Source of the DNA: Azolla caroliniana
Lineage: Eukaryota; Plantae; Polypodiophyta
NCBI GenBank assembly: GCA_043228905.1
Contig: JBHGNT010000002.1
Coordinates: 21,514,001 to 21,578,000 of the forward strand
Length of the DNA: 64,000 nt
Direction: 5' to 3'
The position numbers and the translations under genes are program-made. A model generated the notes under the pieces. That model worked only from the letters and a program-made list of their open reading frames with translations. It had not been told where the DNA came from and did not search any database. Positions 11,571 through 24,999 of this stretch are shown piece after piece (within the stretch, counting starts at the first letter, position 1; each line of letters starts with the position of its first letter).

Positions 11571-14500
11571 ATGGGAAGCGCTCTTCCCACTGAGAAGCTC
11601 AATAGAACAAAATTTGCATCTTGGGAGTACAAGATGCATCAGTACCTTGTCGGACAAGGTTACTGGAGCAACATCGAGGGAGCTCACGAAATGCAACCCA
11701 ACCCATCACATGCCGACTACCTAGCGTGGGAGCAGGCCGCGAGATGTGTGTTGTACTGCCTTGCGTCATGCGTTCATGACCACATGCTTGGCTATATTCG
11801 AGACTTGAAAACGCTGAAAGAAGTTTGTGGAAATCTCAAGAAGATTTTTGCGGAAAATACTGGTGCATGAAAGGTCCAACTTCGGCAAGAGCTAAACAAC
11901 ATGCAACATATGGACATGTCGATCACTAGCTATACCCTGAAGATCAAGGAGCTATACCCTGAAGATCAAGGAGCTATACCCTGAAGATCAATGTCGATCA
12001 CTAGCCATTAGTTTGATTAATGTCGTCATTGACGATGAAGAAATGGTGCAAATATGCCTTGACGTCTTCGTACCTTGCGAGGGAGAACCCTCCCTCCTTT
12101 TTCGACCTTCAATCGATTCTGTTGGTCGAAGACAATCATGTTCAACAAAGGAACAATGCGCCTGATGGTCAGATGCTCTACTCACAGTTGGATTATAGAA
12201 AAGGACTTGGAGTAACTCCCACCATTGGCAAGAGGACAGGGACAGTCCTAGCGAGTTCGGTAGAAGGGGGAGCCACCCCGCCGGATCGAGGAATCGTAAC
12301 AACCCGATCGAATGCGGGTACTGTGGGAAACATGACCACTATGAAGAGGAGTGCCGAAAAAAGATACGAGATTGGGCTTTGACTACTCCACAACTCATGA
12401 ACTACTCTTCAAATTCTGACTACGACAATCGTGGTAGGATGTTTGTAATGAGGCATGAACCACATTCGATGTCGACAAAAGCCCCAACTAGCACCTCTTC
12501 TTCAGATAGCATATGGTTTGTCAACTCGGGAGCATCCAATCACATGATGTCCCATGGAGATTGGTTCCGAGAATTACAAAAGCCCGATTGACCTAACTAT
12601 GTCGAAACTGGAGATGATACGACTCATCCAATTCGGCATGTCAGAAATGTTCCATTTGGAAATGACGGCAAACAAACCTACCTTAAGAACGTCTAACATT
12701 TCCCAACCATCACGAAAAACCTAGTCTCGGTATGTTAGATTGTCAAACAAGGTATGCACGTACAATTCAATAATGAAGGATGCTTCATCGAAAAAAACTA
12801 TAAAATCATAGAGCATGGTCGCCGCGAAGTCCGAATGTTCATCCTCGAATTAGAGGAGGTAAAATCGGTTATGTTCGCAAAAGGCCTCAAAGTCAAAATA
12901 GACTTGAAACTATGGCACAAGAGAATCAGCCACATCAATCTCCAAAAGCTCCAGAATATGCAGTCGAAAGGAGTCGTGATCGGCCTCCCGATAGTTACTA
13001 AGAAAGAGATTACGAGCATATGCGGGGCATGCCAATTTGGAAAACAACACCGACATCCATTCCCGAAAGAGAGGAATGTGAGTAAAGGGATTCTGGATGT
13101 AGTACATTCAGATGTGTGGGGACCAACCCAAATTGCAACATTCGGAGGTTGCCGCTACTATGTCACGTTCATCGACAACTTCTCCAGGCAAACCAAAGTT
13201 TTTGGACACTTTCAAAAGTTTAAAATTGAAGTCGAAAAAGCCACGGGTCGGCACGTACGATGCCTTCGATCAGATGGAGGAAAGGAGTATTTCTCGGATG
13301 AATTTACGGCGTATCTCCGAAAGGAAGGAATTCGACTAGAATTCTCGTGTCGACATACACCTCAACAAAATGGTGTAGCCGAACGGAAGAATCGCTACAT
13401 AGTAGAGGTTGCACAGGCAATGATGAATGAGAAGAACCTGCTGAAATCGTATTGGGCTGAAGTAGTGAACACGACCGTATATCTCATGACAGGTGTACAA
13501 CCTCTGGGGTACACGATGTACCCCTCAAGAGGTGTTTTGGAAAGAAGCCGGACTTATCATATGTCCGGATTTTCGGCTCAATCCCCTACGTGCATATTCC
13601 TGACAAGACGCAACAAAAACTCAATTCGAAGTCGGAAAAATGTATCCTCGTAGGTACTCGCTCGAACATAAGGGGTACAAATGATTCAACCCATCTACCT
13701 GAAAAGCTCAAGTGAGTCGAGACGTCATTTTCGACAAGTCGATATCCTGGTACGACCCAAAGACGACTCCGATTCCTACTCCAGTTGACCCGGAATCGGC
13801 CAAATGAGAGATAGAAGATGAATTTCGACTTCGACACATGTTTGAAGGAAGTCCAATTATGACAAGGCTTAGTGGACTACAGGAGCCCCCGAGTGAGAGA
13901 AGCACATTTCGGCCGAGTCCGAAACTTGACAAAGGGAAGGCCAAGATGTCCGAATATGAAGATTCAATCGACAACGAGTCAACTCACTCCCTTGACAGTG
14001 AGTTCGAAGGCTTGGATATCCCAATCATCTAGAAGAATGGAGCGAAGAAAGCATTAGTCTCCGTGAACGAGAAGCTACGCCGGTCTACTCATGAAAAGAA
14101 CCCCGTAAACCGATTCGGCTACGATGAGTACATGACGTATCATTGCGCCTTTATGATGAAGGTAGCAATTGTCTGAGAGCCATGAAGGAACCACGATGGG
14201 TGGACCCGATGAATGAAGAAATGGAAGCCTTGTGCAAAAACAAGACATGGGACCTTGTTCCCCATTCACCGCATAGGAAGGCGATTGGTTGCAGATGGAT
14301 CTATAAAGTCAAATACAATGCCGATGTTTCGTAAATTGCTTCAAATCACGTCTCGGCGCAAAAGGATACGCACAAATACACAGAGTCGATTACGAGGAGA
14401 CCTTTGCCCCGGTGGCAAAGATGTCGACTGTGTGGACCGTAATTGCACTCGCAACTGCGACAGGGTGGCATCTCCACCAAATGGATGTCAAGAACACCTT

Positions 14501-15719
14501 TCTTCAAGGTGAATTAGAAGAGGAGGTGTACATGGTACAACCACCCGGATTCAAATCGAAAAATCATCCGAAAGTAGTCTATAGAGTAAAGAAGCCACTC
14601 TACGGTCTTAAGCAAGCACCGCGTGCTTGGCATTCGAAGAGTACTCAGTATCTTCATCAAATTGGCTTTTGAATGTCAAAATCAGACAACTCCCTATACA
14701 TCCGAAACGAGTCAAACAACCCGCTTGTCATCATCTTGTACGTGGATGATCTGATCATCAGAGGAAAGGATCTCGCCGAGATTAATAAGGTAAAATCAAT
14801 CCTATCTGGCAAATTCAAAAGGAAAGTTATGCACGAGCTCCATTACTTCCTTGGTATCTAAGTAATTCGGACACCAATCAGGATATTGATCTCTCAACGG
14901 CACTACGTTCTCAACTTACTCTACAAGTCAGAATGACCGAGTGCAAACCTGTGTCTACCCCTCTCATCTTAAGATCATTGTCGATGCGATTTGACTCAGT
15001 ATCGACAGTTGATCGGCAACCTAATCTATCTAACCATCACACGACCCAACCTCAGCTATTCAGTCGGCCCTATTCAGTCGACCCAATTCATGCAGAACCC
15101 ATGAAATGATCATCTCGATTGCGCTAAGAGGATACTTTGGTATGTCAGTACGACGATGGATTACGACATCTTGTATAAGACGAATACGCTTATTCGACGT
15201 GAAGGGTACACAGATGCGGACTGGGTAGGCTATAAGGCCGATAGACGTTCAACCTCCGGATTCGTTTTCTCTCTCGGCAGCGAAGCAATCTCTTGGAGTA
15301 GTAAGAAGCAACCGACAGTCACATTGTCGAGTACAGAAGCCAAATATAGGACTGCGACGATCCCCGGGTGCGAAGCTGTCTGGCTCAAACGCATTTTGAA
15401 AGATATGGGCATTCCCATCACATATCCAATTTGCCTCTATTGCGACAACATGAGCAGTATCTATCTTGCTCGGAACCCGGTGTTCCACGCGCGGACCAAA
15501 TACATCAAAGTGCACTACCACATTATTCGCGAACGCGTTCAGGCTGGTGATTTTGATTTACAACATATCAGTACGAACCTCCCTGTTGCTGATATCTTTA
15601 TGAAAGCCTTAGGAGTCGACAAACTCGGGCAATTCGCATCGGACCTTGGTCTCACAATCTCTACATTGTCGAGCTTGAGGGGGAGTACATCAGGTGACAC
15701 GGAAGCAGCCGAGAAGTAG
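11571..15719 (+). pseudogene. Copia A gag-PR-INT-RT-RH polyprotein pseudogene
   Basis: MGSALPTEKLNRTKFASWE, WFVNSGASNHM, LWHKRISH, VHSDVWGP, RSDGGKEY, QMDVKNTFLQG, LYVDD, YTDADW...RRSTSG. Many stops and frameshifts. Confidence 0.9.
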
Positions 15720-16083
15720 AAGTAACTGATCAATCGATCAAAGCCGACGAGAGGAATCGAAGTACGACGAACAACGAGCATGAAGCCGAAAAGCCGAACA
15801 ACCAAATTTGAAGATTTTGAAAGCCGGAAGCCGATTCATCTGAATCGAAGTATTCTGAACACCGAACCGAAACAACTTTTCGACATCCAGAAGTTGTGTT
15901 TGAAGGGGCGTGTTGAGAATCGAACTCAACTTCCCATAGGAATAGTGTCCACACTAGTAAGTGGACAACTTACTAGGACATTTCTATAATTAGTAGAAAG
16001 GGCATTTGCCCTAGACTAGTTGCTATTTAAACCAACCTTTTGTAACTAAGTAATTGTTGGATGTAATATACAGTTTCTTGTCT

Positions 16084-19000
16084 TGAAAAATAAGGTTTAG
16101 GATGTGCCTAAAGATGGAAATGTAGGCAAATAGGGACATGTGACCTATGAGACTTATCCACGCCTTTTACGACTATGATTTTGGAATTGCAATGGATACC
16201 CATGGAATGTGGGATTTGGCATAGAGGAGTTCACCGATGACTCTGATATCACACTTCTTGTTGAAACATGGGAGCATGATACTCAAAGGATTCAAGGTTT
16301 AGGAAACTATAATGTACACTCTTTGATATGGAAGAAAAATCCAAGACAAAGAAGAGAACAAGGAAGGGTGGCATGTTTGATTAAGAAGCAAATAGAGAAA
16401 TATGTGTTAATCATAAAAAATGATGAACATAAATGCTACATATGGCTCAAAATAGAAACACCTAATGATTTTCCCACTTTTGTAGTTGGATGTTACATTC
16501 CTCATCAAGATTCTAACTTTTATGCTTGTTTGGATAAAGATCAAGCTTTTGTCAATCTAGAAGATGATATTGCTTATTTCAAATCCAAAGGGAAAGTTAT
16601 TGTCTTTGGTAACATGAATGCTCGTACAAGAAGTTTCCAATGTGATTCACAAGTGTCTTTCATGCCACATATCTCAAGGATGCAAATGTATAGCCGCTCT
16701 TCTTGCGATGAAAAAGATCCGGACCAATTTGGGAAGTTACTCCTACAAATGTGCAATAGTACCAGATTGCTTATTGCAAATGGTATTTCCTTATGCCCAA
16801 CTCTAATGCTTTTACATGTAAAAAACACAACGAAAATAGTGTGATTGACTATGTGCTACTTTCCGAAGGTATTTTGGATCGTATGCATAAATTCTCACTT
16901 GGTGAATGGACACTAGAATCCGATCATAGGCCTTTATGTATTGATCTCAAATGTATACATAGGTTTGATTATGAGAAGGCTATTGAAGATAATAAACCGC
17001 CGCACTTGAGCATGAACCTTAAGCGAGCGCCCATGTATTCCAAGATGGTTGAGGATATGTTACAAATGACAAAGTTACAAATGGGAAGCTTTCAAGAAAG
17101 TCATTCTCTCCTGTACAAACAAATGTTTTTCGACCAATCGCACATCTTCGAAATGCACCAAGAAACTTCGGAAAACTGGTTTGATAAAGAATGTTGTGAA
17201 GCTCGAGAATGCTTTATGGTTTTGGATGTAGTTAAGGATAAAGAGAATTACCAAAAGCATTTGCATGAGTATAAAAGGCTTATTCAAAGAAAGAGAAGAA
17301 TATGGGACGTTGCTCAACAATTTATCCAAACGCAAGAGAAAGCACATGCATGTGCCAAATTTTGGGGACATCTAAAGGGGAAACGTGTTGAGAGTTATGG
17401 TGACTTAACTCTTCACGACTTGTCTATGCATTGTAAGAATTAATATGAGTTATCTCTTGCCGGAAAGATTATGTGTTATGGTTCTCTTTCATATATGTCT
17501 CCCTCCTTTACAATTGAAGATATATGCATAGGACTTAAGAAATTAGCCTCTCGAAAGGCAAGCGATCTTCAATGTATAAAGGCTTAAATGCTCAAATGGA
17601 TGGGAAAGGAAGCACATGTATGGATAAGCGATATGTTTAATGATGCATTGAAACATGGTATGCTATACGATTGGACTACAAATTGGATCAAACCTTTACA
17701 TAAAGGTGGAGATGTAAATAATGTAGACAACTATCGAACCATCATGGTTGGCTCATTAATGGCAAAACTGTTTGGATGTATAATGCAATCAAAGATAAGT
17801 GTATGGGCTGAGAAAAATGGTAAGAGAGCTTATGGACAAGTTGGCTTTCGAAAACACCATAGCACCATTGATCACATTGTCACCCTTCGAGTATTAATGG
17901 AGAAAAGTCGCCTTAGAGGTAAAGGTTTATATTGTTGCTTTGTAGACTTCAAGAAAGCTTTCGATATGGTACCTCGTGAGCATCTTTGGAGGCGAATGGA
18001 AGAACTTGAGGTGCCAAGTGAATATATGCTTGCAATTTCCCAAATTTATGAGAAGGTTATATGTTGTGTGTGCATGAGAGATAAACTTTCAGATTTTTTC
18101 AAAAGCACTATTGGTGTTAAGCAGGGATGCCCACTCTCACCAACACTATTTGGTCTATGCATTGATGAATTGGAAGTAATGGTTACCAAGTTTGCAAAGG
18201 AAGAATGTGTTGAAGAACTTGTCATTGGGAATGTTGTGATTATGCTTTTGCTATATGCAGATGATGTAGTGTTTTTTGCAAATAATTTAGGAGATGCACA
18301 AAAGTTTATGAAGGCATTGGAATTTTTTTTGCATCCATACTAAATTAAGTGTCAATAGCTCTAAAACAAAGATTATGCTTGTGAAGAGACAAAACAGAGA
18401 TAAACCATGCATTATGTACAACAATGAGCCACTTGAATGTGTGGAAAGCTTCAAATATCTTGGCCTTGAAGTTCCTTCAAATCATAGATGGAATGAATGT
18501 GCTACATGCCGCTTAGCGGCGGGTAAGTGAGCATACTATGCATTTGAGAACACATGCAATCTTGGAGATATTAAGTGTTGGGTCCTCAAGAAATATCTTT
18601 TCGACACTCATGAGAAATATGCGGAATAATCTTCGGCCACAACCGAAGCGTAGATCACTTGAAGACAATCAAACACAGAAGAAATGGGAATGGGGGTAAG
18701 TACGCAAAACAGAAAGAGAATACACAACATGTTAACGTGGAAAACCTTGAGAGGGAAAAACCACGGGAGTCCACAGACTCCAAACTATCACTAGGTCAAA
18801 AATTACAATCGGGAGCATAGAGGCAACAACCTCTTGCTCACAATCTTCGCCTAGCGGCGGTTACAACAGACACACGATCTCTGTATATTGCTCTCTCTCT
18901 CTCTCTTACACACTGTACAGAAATTACACCAGTAACTCTATCATCATACACATTGAGTTTGCCCTAGGTCATATTTATACTAATATGCCTTTCGGGCTAT

Positions 19001-22000
19001 TTACAAATATAGCCCCGGTGGGCTCTCTGGAACATATTTACATATATTTCCCTTTCATCCGATGAGAGGTTCTCACCAGGTCTGCATCATCCGTTGCCGA
19101 GTACTCCACATCCGATTTTCACCGGGTCTTCCGTTGTTGGGCCTTCGTATCCCATTTGGAGGGACCGAGATCCTAACAAACTCCCCCTTCACTCCGCCAT
19201 GGGATGCCTCATCAACCCGATCCGCTTCCGCCATGTACTCCGCTTCCGTGGTTGACAATGCAACCGTCTTTTGCAACCTCGATTGCCATGAAACAACTCC
19301 CCCAACATATGTCATGACATATCCGGATGTTGACCGGCTGGAATCCGCATCAGCTGATATATCCGAATCGGTGAAACCGTCAAGTTGGGGTTTACCGGAG
19401 CTGAATCGGGGACACATACTTGAGGTGCCTTTCAAGTATCGGAGTATCCATTTTACCGCATTCTAGTGCTCCTTGCCGGGATTGCTCATAAACCGGCTCA
19501 CCACTCCGACTGCATATCCGATATCCGGTCGGGTACACACCATTGCGTACATTAGGCTCCCGACGGCAGAGGCATATGGTATCTTCATCATATATGCCTT
19601 CTCTGTCTTCGTCTTCGGGCTTTGCCTACTGGATAACCTGCAATTTTCCAGAAGTGTCGATTTGACCGGTTTCGCATCTGACATGTTGAACCGCTGAAGC
19701 ACCTCTGTCACGTACTTCTCCTGTGACAGCCACAATTGCTTCGTTGGCCGGTCTTGGATGATATGCATCCCTAGCATCTGTCTTGCCGGACCCAAGTCTT
19801 TCATTGAGAAGGTCTGGTTCAAGGCCTTCTTTAGTATCCGTATCTTGACTTGGTCTCGTCTGACGATCAACATGTCGTCCACGTACAAGAGGAGTATCAA
19901 GAAGTCTCCACCTTCGTACTTGTTCACAAATATGCAGTGATCGGCCTACGTCTTGTGGTACCCTTGATCGGTCATGAAGGAGTCAAACTTCTGGTACCAT
20001 TGCCAGGGAGCCTGCTTCAACCCATAGAGGCTCTTTTTTAACCGGCCGACAAGCTGCTCCTTCCCTTTCTTCACAAATCCCTCTGATTGCTGCATGTAGA
20101 TCTCCTCTTCGAGGTCACTGTGGAGGAATGCCGTCTTCACATCTAACTGCTCTAACTTGAGGTCCATGCTTGCCGTTATACTCAGCACCGTCCGGATGGA
20201 AGTCATCTTTACTACCGGGGCAAATATCTCGTCGAAGTCCACACTCTTCTTCTACTGGAACCCCTTCACCATGATCCTGGCTTTGAACCTTGGAGGGTTG
20301 CTGGCATCTCCCGGTTTCAACTTGTACACCCACTTGTTTCGAAGTGCCCTCTTTTCTTTCGGCAACTCCACCAATTCATATGTGTGGTTCTCATGTAGGG
20401 CATCCATCTCGTCTTGCATGGCACTCAACCACTTGTGGCTATGGGTGTCATCCTTCGCTTCTTCGAAGCTTTCCGGCTCCCCCTTCTCGGTCAGCAGCAC
20501 ATGCTTTGCATCCGGAAATCTCCGAGGGGGCCTTCTCTCTCTGAGAGGATATCTCTGTCTTTGGCTTTCGGCAACCGGCTCCTCTATTTGTTCTTCATCT
20601 GAATCCAATTCGGGGTCTTGGCCGGTTCCGGTTTCAACTTCCTCTACTTCTTCTTCTGCCGGTTCGGTATCCTCACCGTAACCGGCTGGTTCCTCGAGTG
20701 TCAACCGGCTCTTAGCTGGGTGGGTCCGAATCTCATCGAAGTTCATTATCTTCTTCTCCGACTCCCAGTCGGCAAGAGTCTTGTCCTCCATGAAGATAAT
20801 ATCTCGGCTCCGGAAAACGTTCTTGTCAACCGGATCCCACACTCGGTAGCCGAACTCATTATCGCCGTATCTAAGGAATATGCATGGCCGGGTGTTTGGA
20901 TCCAACTTTCCTCTACGGTCCTTAGCAACATGCACGTACGCGAGACACCCGAACACCTTCAAATGATGGTAGGACACTTCCTTACCAGTCCACACCTTTT
21001 GCAGCGTGTCTCCATCCAAGGGCACTGAGGGTGATCTGTTTATCACATACGTCGCTGTTGACAGCGCCTCAGCCCAAAACGTCTTGGGTAGATTAGCATG
21101 TGCTAGCATACTCCGAACCCTCTCCATTATGGTCCGGTTCATCCTCTCAGCTATTAGTTCCCGCGTCTTCGGCACGGTAGATTCGAGCCGGATTCCCTTC
21201 GAGCGGCAGTGCTCCTCGAATTACCCCCGGTATTCCCCTCCGTTATCTGCTCGAACCGCCTTCAACTTCCGTCCGGTTTCTCTTTCCACTCTTGTGTAGA
21301 GCTCCTTGAAGACGGATAACACCTGATCCTTCGTCTTCAACGGTGTGGCCCATAGCCTCCTGCTGTGGTCATCTATGAATGTTACGAAGTACTGTGCTCC
21401 GGCATGGGACTTCGTGTCCACTTGTCAAACATTGGTATGCACCAACTCCAATGGTGCATTACGTCTCATTGGTGGCCTTGATCGGAAGGAGGTCCGGTCC
21501 GGTTTTGTTTATCGGCTAGGCAGTCGGTGCACCCCTCAAGATGCACGTGCTTCACCGGAATGAGGTTGTCATCGGCAAGCCTCTTCATCCCCTTCACGCT
21601 CATGTGACACAGTCTCTTGTGCCACAGCTGACCGGCAATGTCGGAAGTCACGTTTACTTCTTCCGGGCATAACCGGGCATTCATCAGGTACAACGTGTTG
21701 ACCTTCCGGGCCCGAGCCACTATCAGGCTCCCTTGCTGAATTTCATGACTCCGTTCTGGATGCTACCCATGTAGCCTTCATCATCTAGCCGATCGGCTGA
21801 TATCAGGTTCAGTCGAACCTCCGGAACGTGTCGGACATCCTTTAGCAGTAGCTTGCATCCAGTTGGTGTTGTCAACCACACATCTCCTATGCCGACAATC
21901 TGGCATGTACCTTCATTCCCCATCCGGACACAGCCGTGATCACCGACTGTGTAGGATGAGAAGCATTTCCGGTCCGGGGTAAGGTGGAACGACGCTCCGG

Positions 22001-24495
22001 AATCAACAACCCACGTTGTCTCGTCGCTGGCAAGGTTCAACTCACTCTCCTCGGTGATGAGCATCAACTCTTCTTCACTTGCTGTGATTGTTGTCGTTCC
22101 CTTCCGGTCCGGTCCGGTCCGGTCCAGTCCGGTCCGCTTCGGTCTTTACCATTCCTGTCCGGTGTCTGCTTCGAATCGGTACTGTCGGTTTTCTTGTCTT
22201 TTCGGAAGTGCCGACAGTTCTTCTGGAATGGTCTCGGCTTGCCACAATAGAAGCAAGTAGGCCTCCCCGTTGACTTTGACTGTGTCCCCAACTTTTCCAG
22301 GTTCTGGGGACTACGATTTCTTTGTATTCCGCGTTCTGATTCAGTAAGGAGCGCTTTGGAGTCGGAGCTCGTATCCTTGTCTTTCCGATGCGCCTCCTCA
22401 TCTAGCAAGCTCGACTTCACTTTTGCTAGAGGTAACAGTTTCCCTTCCAGCCCGGCGTTGCCCAAAATGACAACCAACGTCTCCCAGCTATCTGGGAGGG
22501 AACCGAGCAGGAGTAGTGCTCGTAGCTCATCGGCGAGAGGTACTTCCAATGATGTTGCCTGGTGGATCAGCCCCTGGAAGGCATTCATGTGCTGCGCCAT
22601 GCTGGAGCCATCTTGGTACCGGAGTCTTACTAGCTTCCGAAATACTGAAACCTGATTAACAACATTTTTGTTCTGAAACATAATGTCAATCTTCTCCCAG
22701 AGCGCATGAGCCTTGCTCTCTTCATTGAAGTTGTTGTATAGACTCATGGCGATGAAGCACCGTATGTACGCCGTTGTCTTCATGTGCATCACCTCCCATA
22801 TCGTCGCATCGATTTTGTCCGATCTCTTGTCCCCGAACTGAACCGACAACCAAAGATCTTTAACCACGAGCATGTCCCTCATATTCAACTTCCACACTGA
22901 GTAGTTGGAGCCGGTGAGCTTGAACATGTCTCCCAACGAAATGTCCATTTTTCAGTGTCATTTCGCTCTGATACCAATTTGACGAGAAATATGCAGAATA
23001 ATCTCCAGCCACAACCGAAGCGTAGATCACTTGAAGACAATCAAACACAGAAGAAATGGGAATGGGGGTAAATACGCAAAACAGAAAGAGAATACACAGG
23101 ATGTTAACGTGGAAAACATTGAGAGGGAAAAACCACAAGAGTCCACAGACTCCAAACTTTCACTAGGTCAAAAATTACAATAGGGAGCACAAAGGCAACA
23201 ACCTCTTGCTCACAATCTTCGCCTACCGGCGGTTACAACAGAGACACAATCTCTGTATATCGCTCTCTCTCTCTCTCTCTTACACACTGTACAAAAATTA
23301 CACCAGTAACTCTATCATCATACACATTGAGTTTGCCCTAGGTCATATTTATACTAATATGCCTTTCGGGCTATTTACAAATATAGCCCCGGTGGGCTCT
23401 TTGGAACATATTTACATATATGTCCCTTTCATCTGATGAGAGGTTCTCACCGGGCCTGCAACATCCGGTTGTCACCGGGTCTTCCTTTCCGAGTACTCGT
23501 CATCCGGTTCTCACCGGGTCTTTCATTGCCAGGCCTTCGTATCCCATCCGGAGGGACTGAGATCCTAACAAACACTTTGGTGACACCGGTTCTTCTCTAT
23601 GGGGTGGAAGTATGGGGCCGTAGGATCCCTAAATCTATGTGGAAAGAATTTGAAAATGTCCAAAAACATTTTCTTACAAAGTTTCTACAAGTTAAGAAAC
23701 AAATGCCCTACACCCTCCTTCTCCTTGAGACGGGATGGTTTCCCATTGACATCATGGCCATGGAAAGGGTTGTTGAATACATGCTTAAGGTTCAAAAAAG
23801 TCACTCACATCGACTTCCTAGAATTGCATGGGAAGCAAGCAAAAAGATCCAAAAGATGCATAAAAGCAAAATTTTGTGTTCCGGTTGGATGCAAGATATA
23901 GAAAAATGGTTTGGTAAATGTGATGGGAGACCCTTGCTTCATGATGCATCATTAGATTCCTCTATAAATGAGGCCTTTTTGCAATGCCAATGTATCATGA
24001 CATGGGACAAATGTGGAGTCTCACGCTTCACACATTATACTACACATGTTGCACCTAACTACAAAACCATATTCTTTGCGGAACGGGGAAATCGTACACA
24101 TCGATACATGTTCGAGCCCATACCGTTATCTGCCATTCGAACCATTGCTTCCATGCGACTTAGGTCACATGCATTGCGATGTGAGACATGGCATTGGGGC
24201 ACAAGTGATGAGAGTGGTCGGCTATGCACACTTTGCCCTAAACAAGTTCGCGAGTCTGAGTATCACACTTTGATACAATGCTCTGCCTTTGATCATATTC
24301 GACCAAGCCCAATCCTTGCATGAATTCCTCTCACAACCACAATGTGCACTCTCGATTGTAACATTCATTGGTAAAGTTCTTGAACATCGAGAGTTACTAC
24401 TCACTTTCACACGTATCACGTGAAATGTAATATTTTTGGTCTCATAGGTCATATTTGACCTCCGAAGACGATAATATAATCTATCTATCTAATAA

Positions 24496-24497
<2 letters not shown>
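16084..24497 (+). mobile_element. 5'-truncated non-LTR retrotransposon (LINE, RTE/RTEX-like), split by copia B
   Basis: APE endonuclease FWNCNG...LLVETW...GNMNART...SVIDY...SDH (16185-16930). RT NYRTI, FVDFKKAFD, GVKQGCPLSPTLF, LLYADD (17588-18343). Resumes at 23576 (LVTPVLLYGVEVWG). C-terminal CTLC...ESEYHTLIQC. Tail ataat/ctat short repeats 24470-24497. Confidence 0.9.
18608..23570 (-). mobile_element. Ty1/copia element 'B', degenerate, inserted in the LINE RT
   Basis: LTRs 18608-19178 and 22980-23570, PBS tggtatcagagc (minus strand, 22965-22976), PPT 19179-19192. TSD gacac/aacac. Removing it restores the LINE frame KKYLFDTLVTPVLLYG. Gag starts at 22948. Confidence 0.95.

Positions 24498-24567
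<70 letters not shown>
24498..24567 (+). repeat. (CT)n microsatellite in the 3' LTR of copia A, at the LINE 3' junction
   Basis: Pure CT run. The 5' LTR counterpart near 11290-11357 is an interrupted CT/GTCT tract. Confidence 0.97.
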
Positions 24568-24570
<3 letters not shown>

Positions 24571-24999
24571 TGTCTCGCGTGCACATACACACACATAGTC
24601 CTTTCGCTGCACAGAATAACTCTCGATTCTTTACATATACACACCCATGCAGAATGGAGTGGTTGAACGGATCAACCGAATGATCCAAGAGAGGGTGACG
24701 ACAAAGCTCAAGCAAGTCGGACTAAAGCTGGATTTTTTGGCCGAAGCGTTGCAGACGGTAGTCTACCTGATAAATCTATCACCATTGAAAGCAATCGGGC
24801 TCTATGGTCAGGCAAACAGCTGATCTACGATAGGCATCATATATTCAGATATGAAACCTACACATTGATCCCCAAGGAGAAAAGGACCAAGTTGGCATCC
24901 CATGCTACAAAATGCATACTTCTCGGTTATGGAACCAATGGGGAATTCGGCTCCAGGCTATGGGACCTAGAGAACCGGAAATTGATCCGGAGTAGAGAC

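Larger units (their letters stand above)
11156..24635 (+). mobile_element. Ty1/copia element 'A', degenerate, with its 3' LTR split by a LINE
   Basis: 5' LTR 11156-11424 (tgttgagaat...tttaca), PBS tggtattagagcca 11425-11438, PPT ttgaaggggcg 15900-15910. 3' LTR is 15911-16083 plus about 24498-24635. Perfect TSD tatac (11151-11155 and 24636-24640). Confidence 0.93.
275..24999 (+). mobile_element. Old degenerate Ty1/copia LTR retrotransposon 'C', host of the left nest. Left end of its 5' LTR uncertain; RT, RNase H and 3' LTR absent
   Basis: LTR-like region with TATATAA near 592 and (GA)n, split by the gypsy at 798-8575, ends ...cttca at 8634. PBS tggtatcagagc at 8637-8648. Gag starts MASTSSTRVEIGKFDGKNF (8751). 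Protease WLLDSKATFHMTP (~9715), LWHGRLGHMS (~10697), integrase PLELVHTDIFGP...SDNGCEY (10863-11098). Integrase resumes at 24636 (YTPMQNGVVER...RLWDLENRKLIRSRD). Confidence 0.75.

Noticed and set aside
15672-15690. PPT-like ttgagggggag as the start of the 3' LTR of A
   Set aside because: LTR homology begins at 15911, after a second purine tract
23436-24323. 295-aa ORF as a standalone gene
   Set aside because: Chance fusion of the B LTR end to the LINE ORF2 C-terminus
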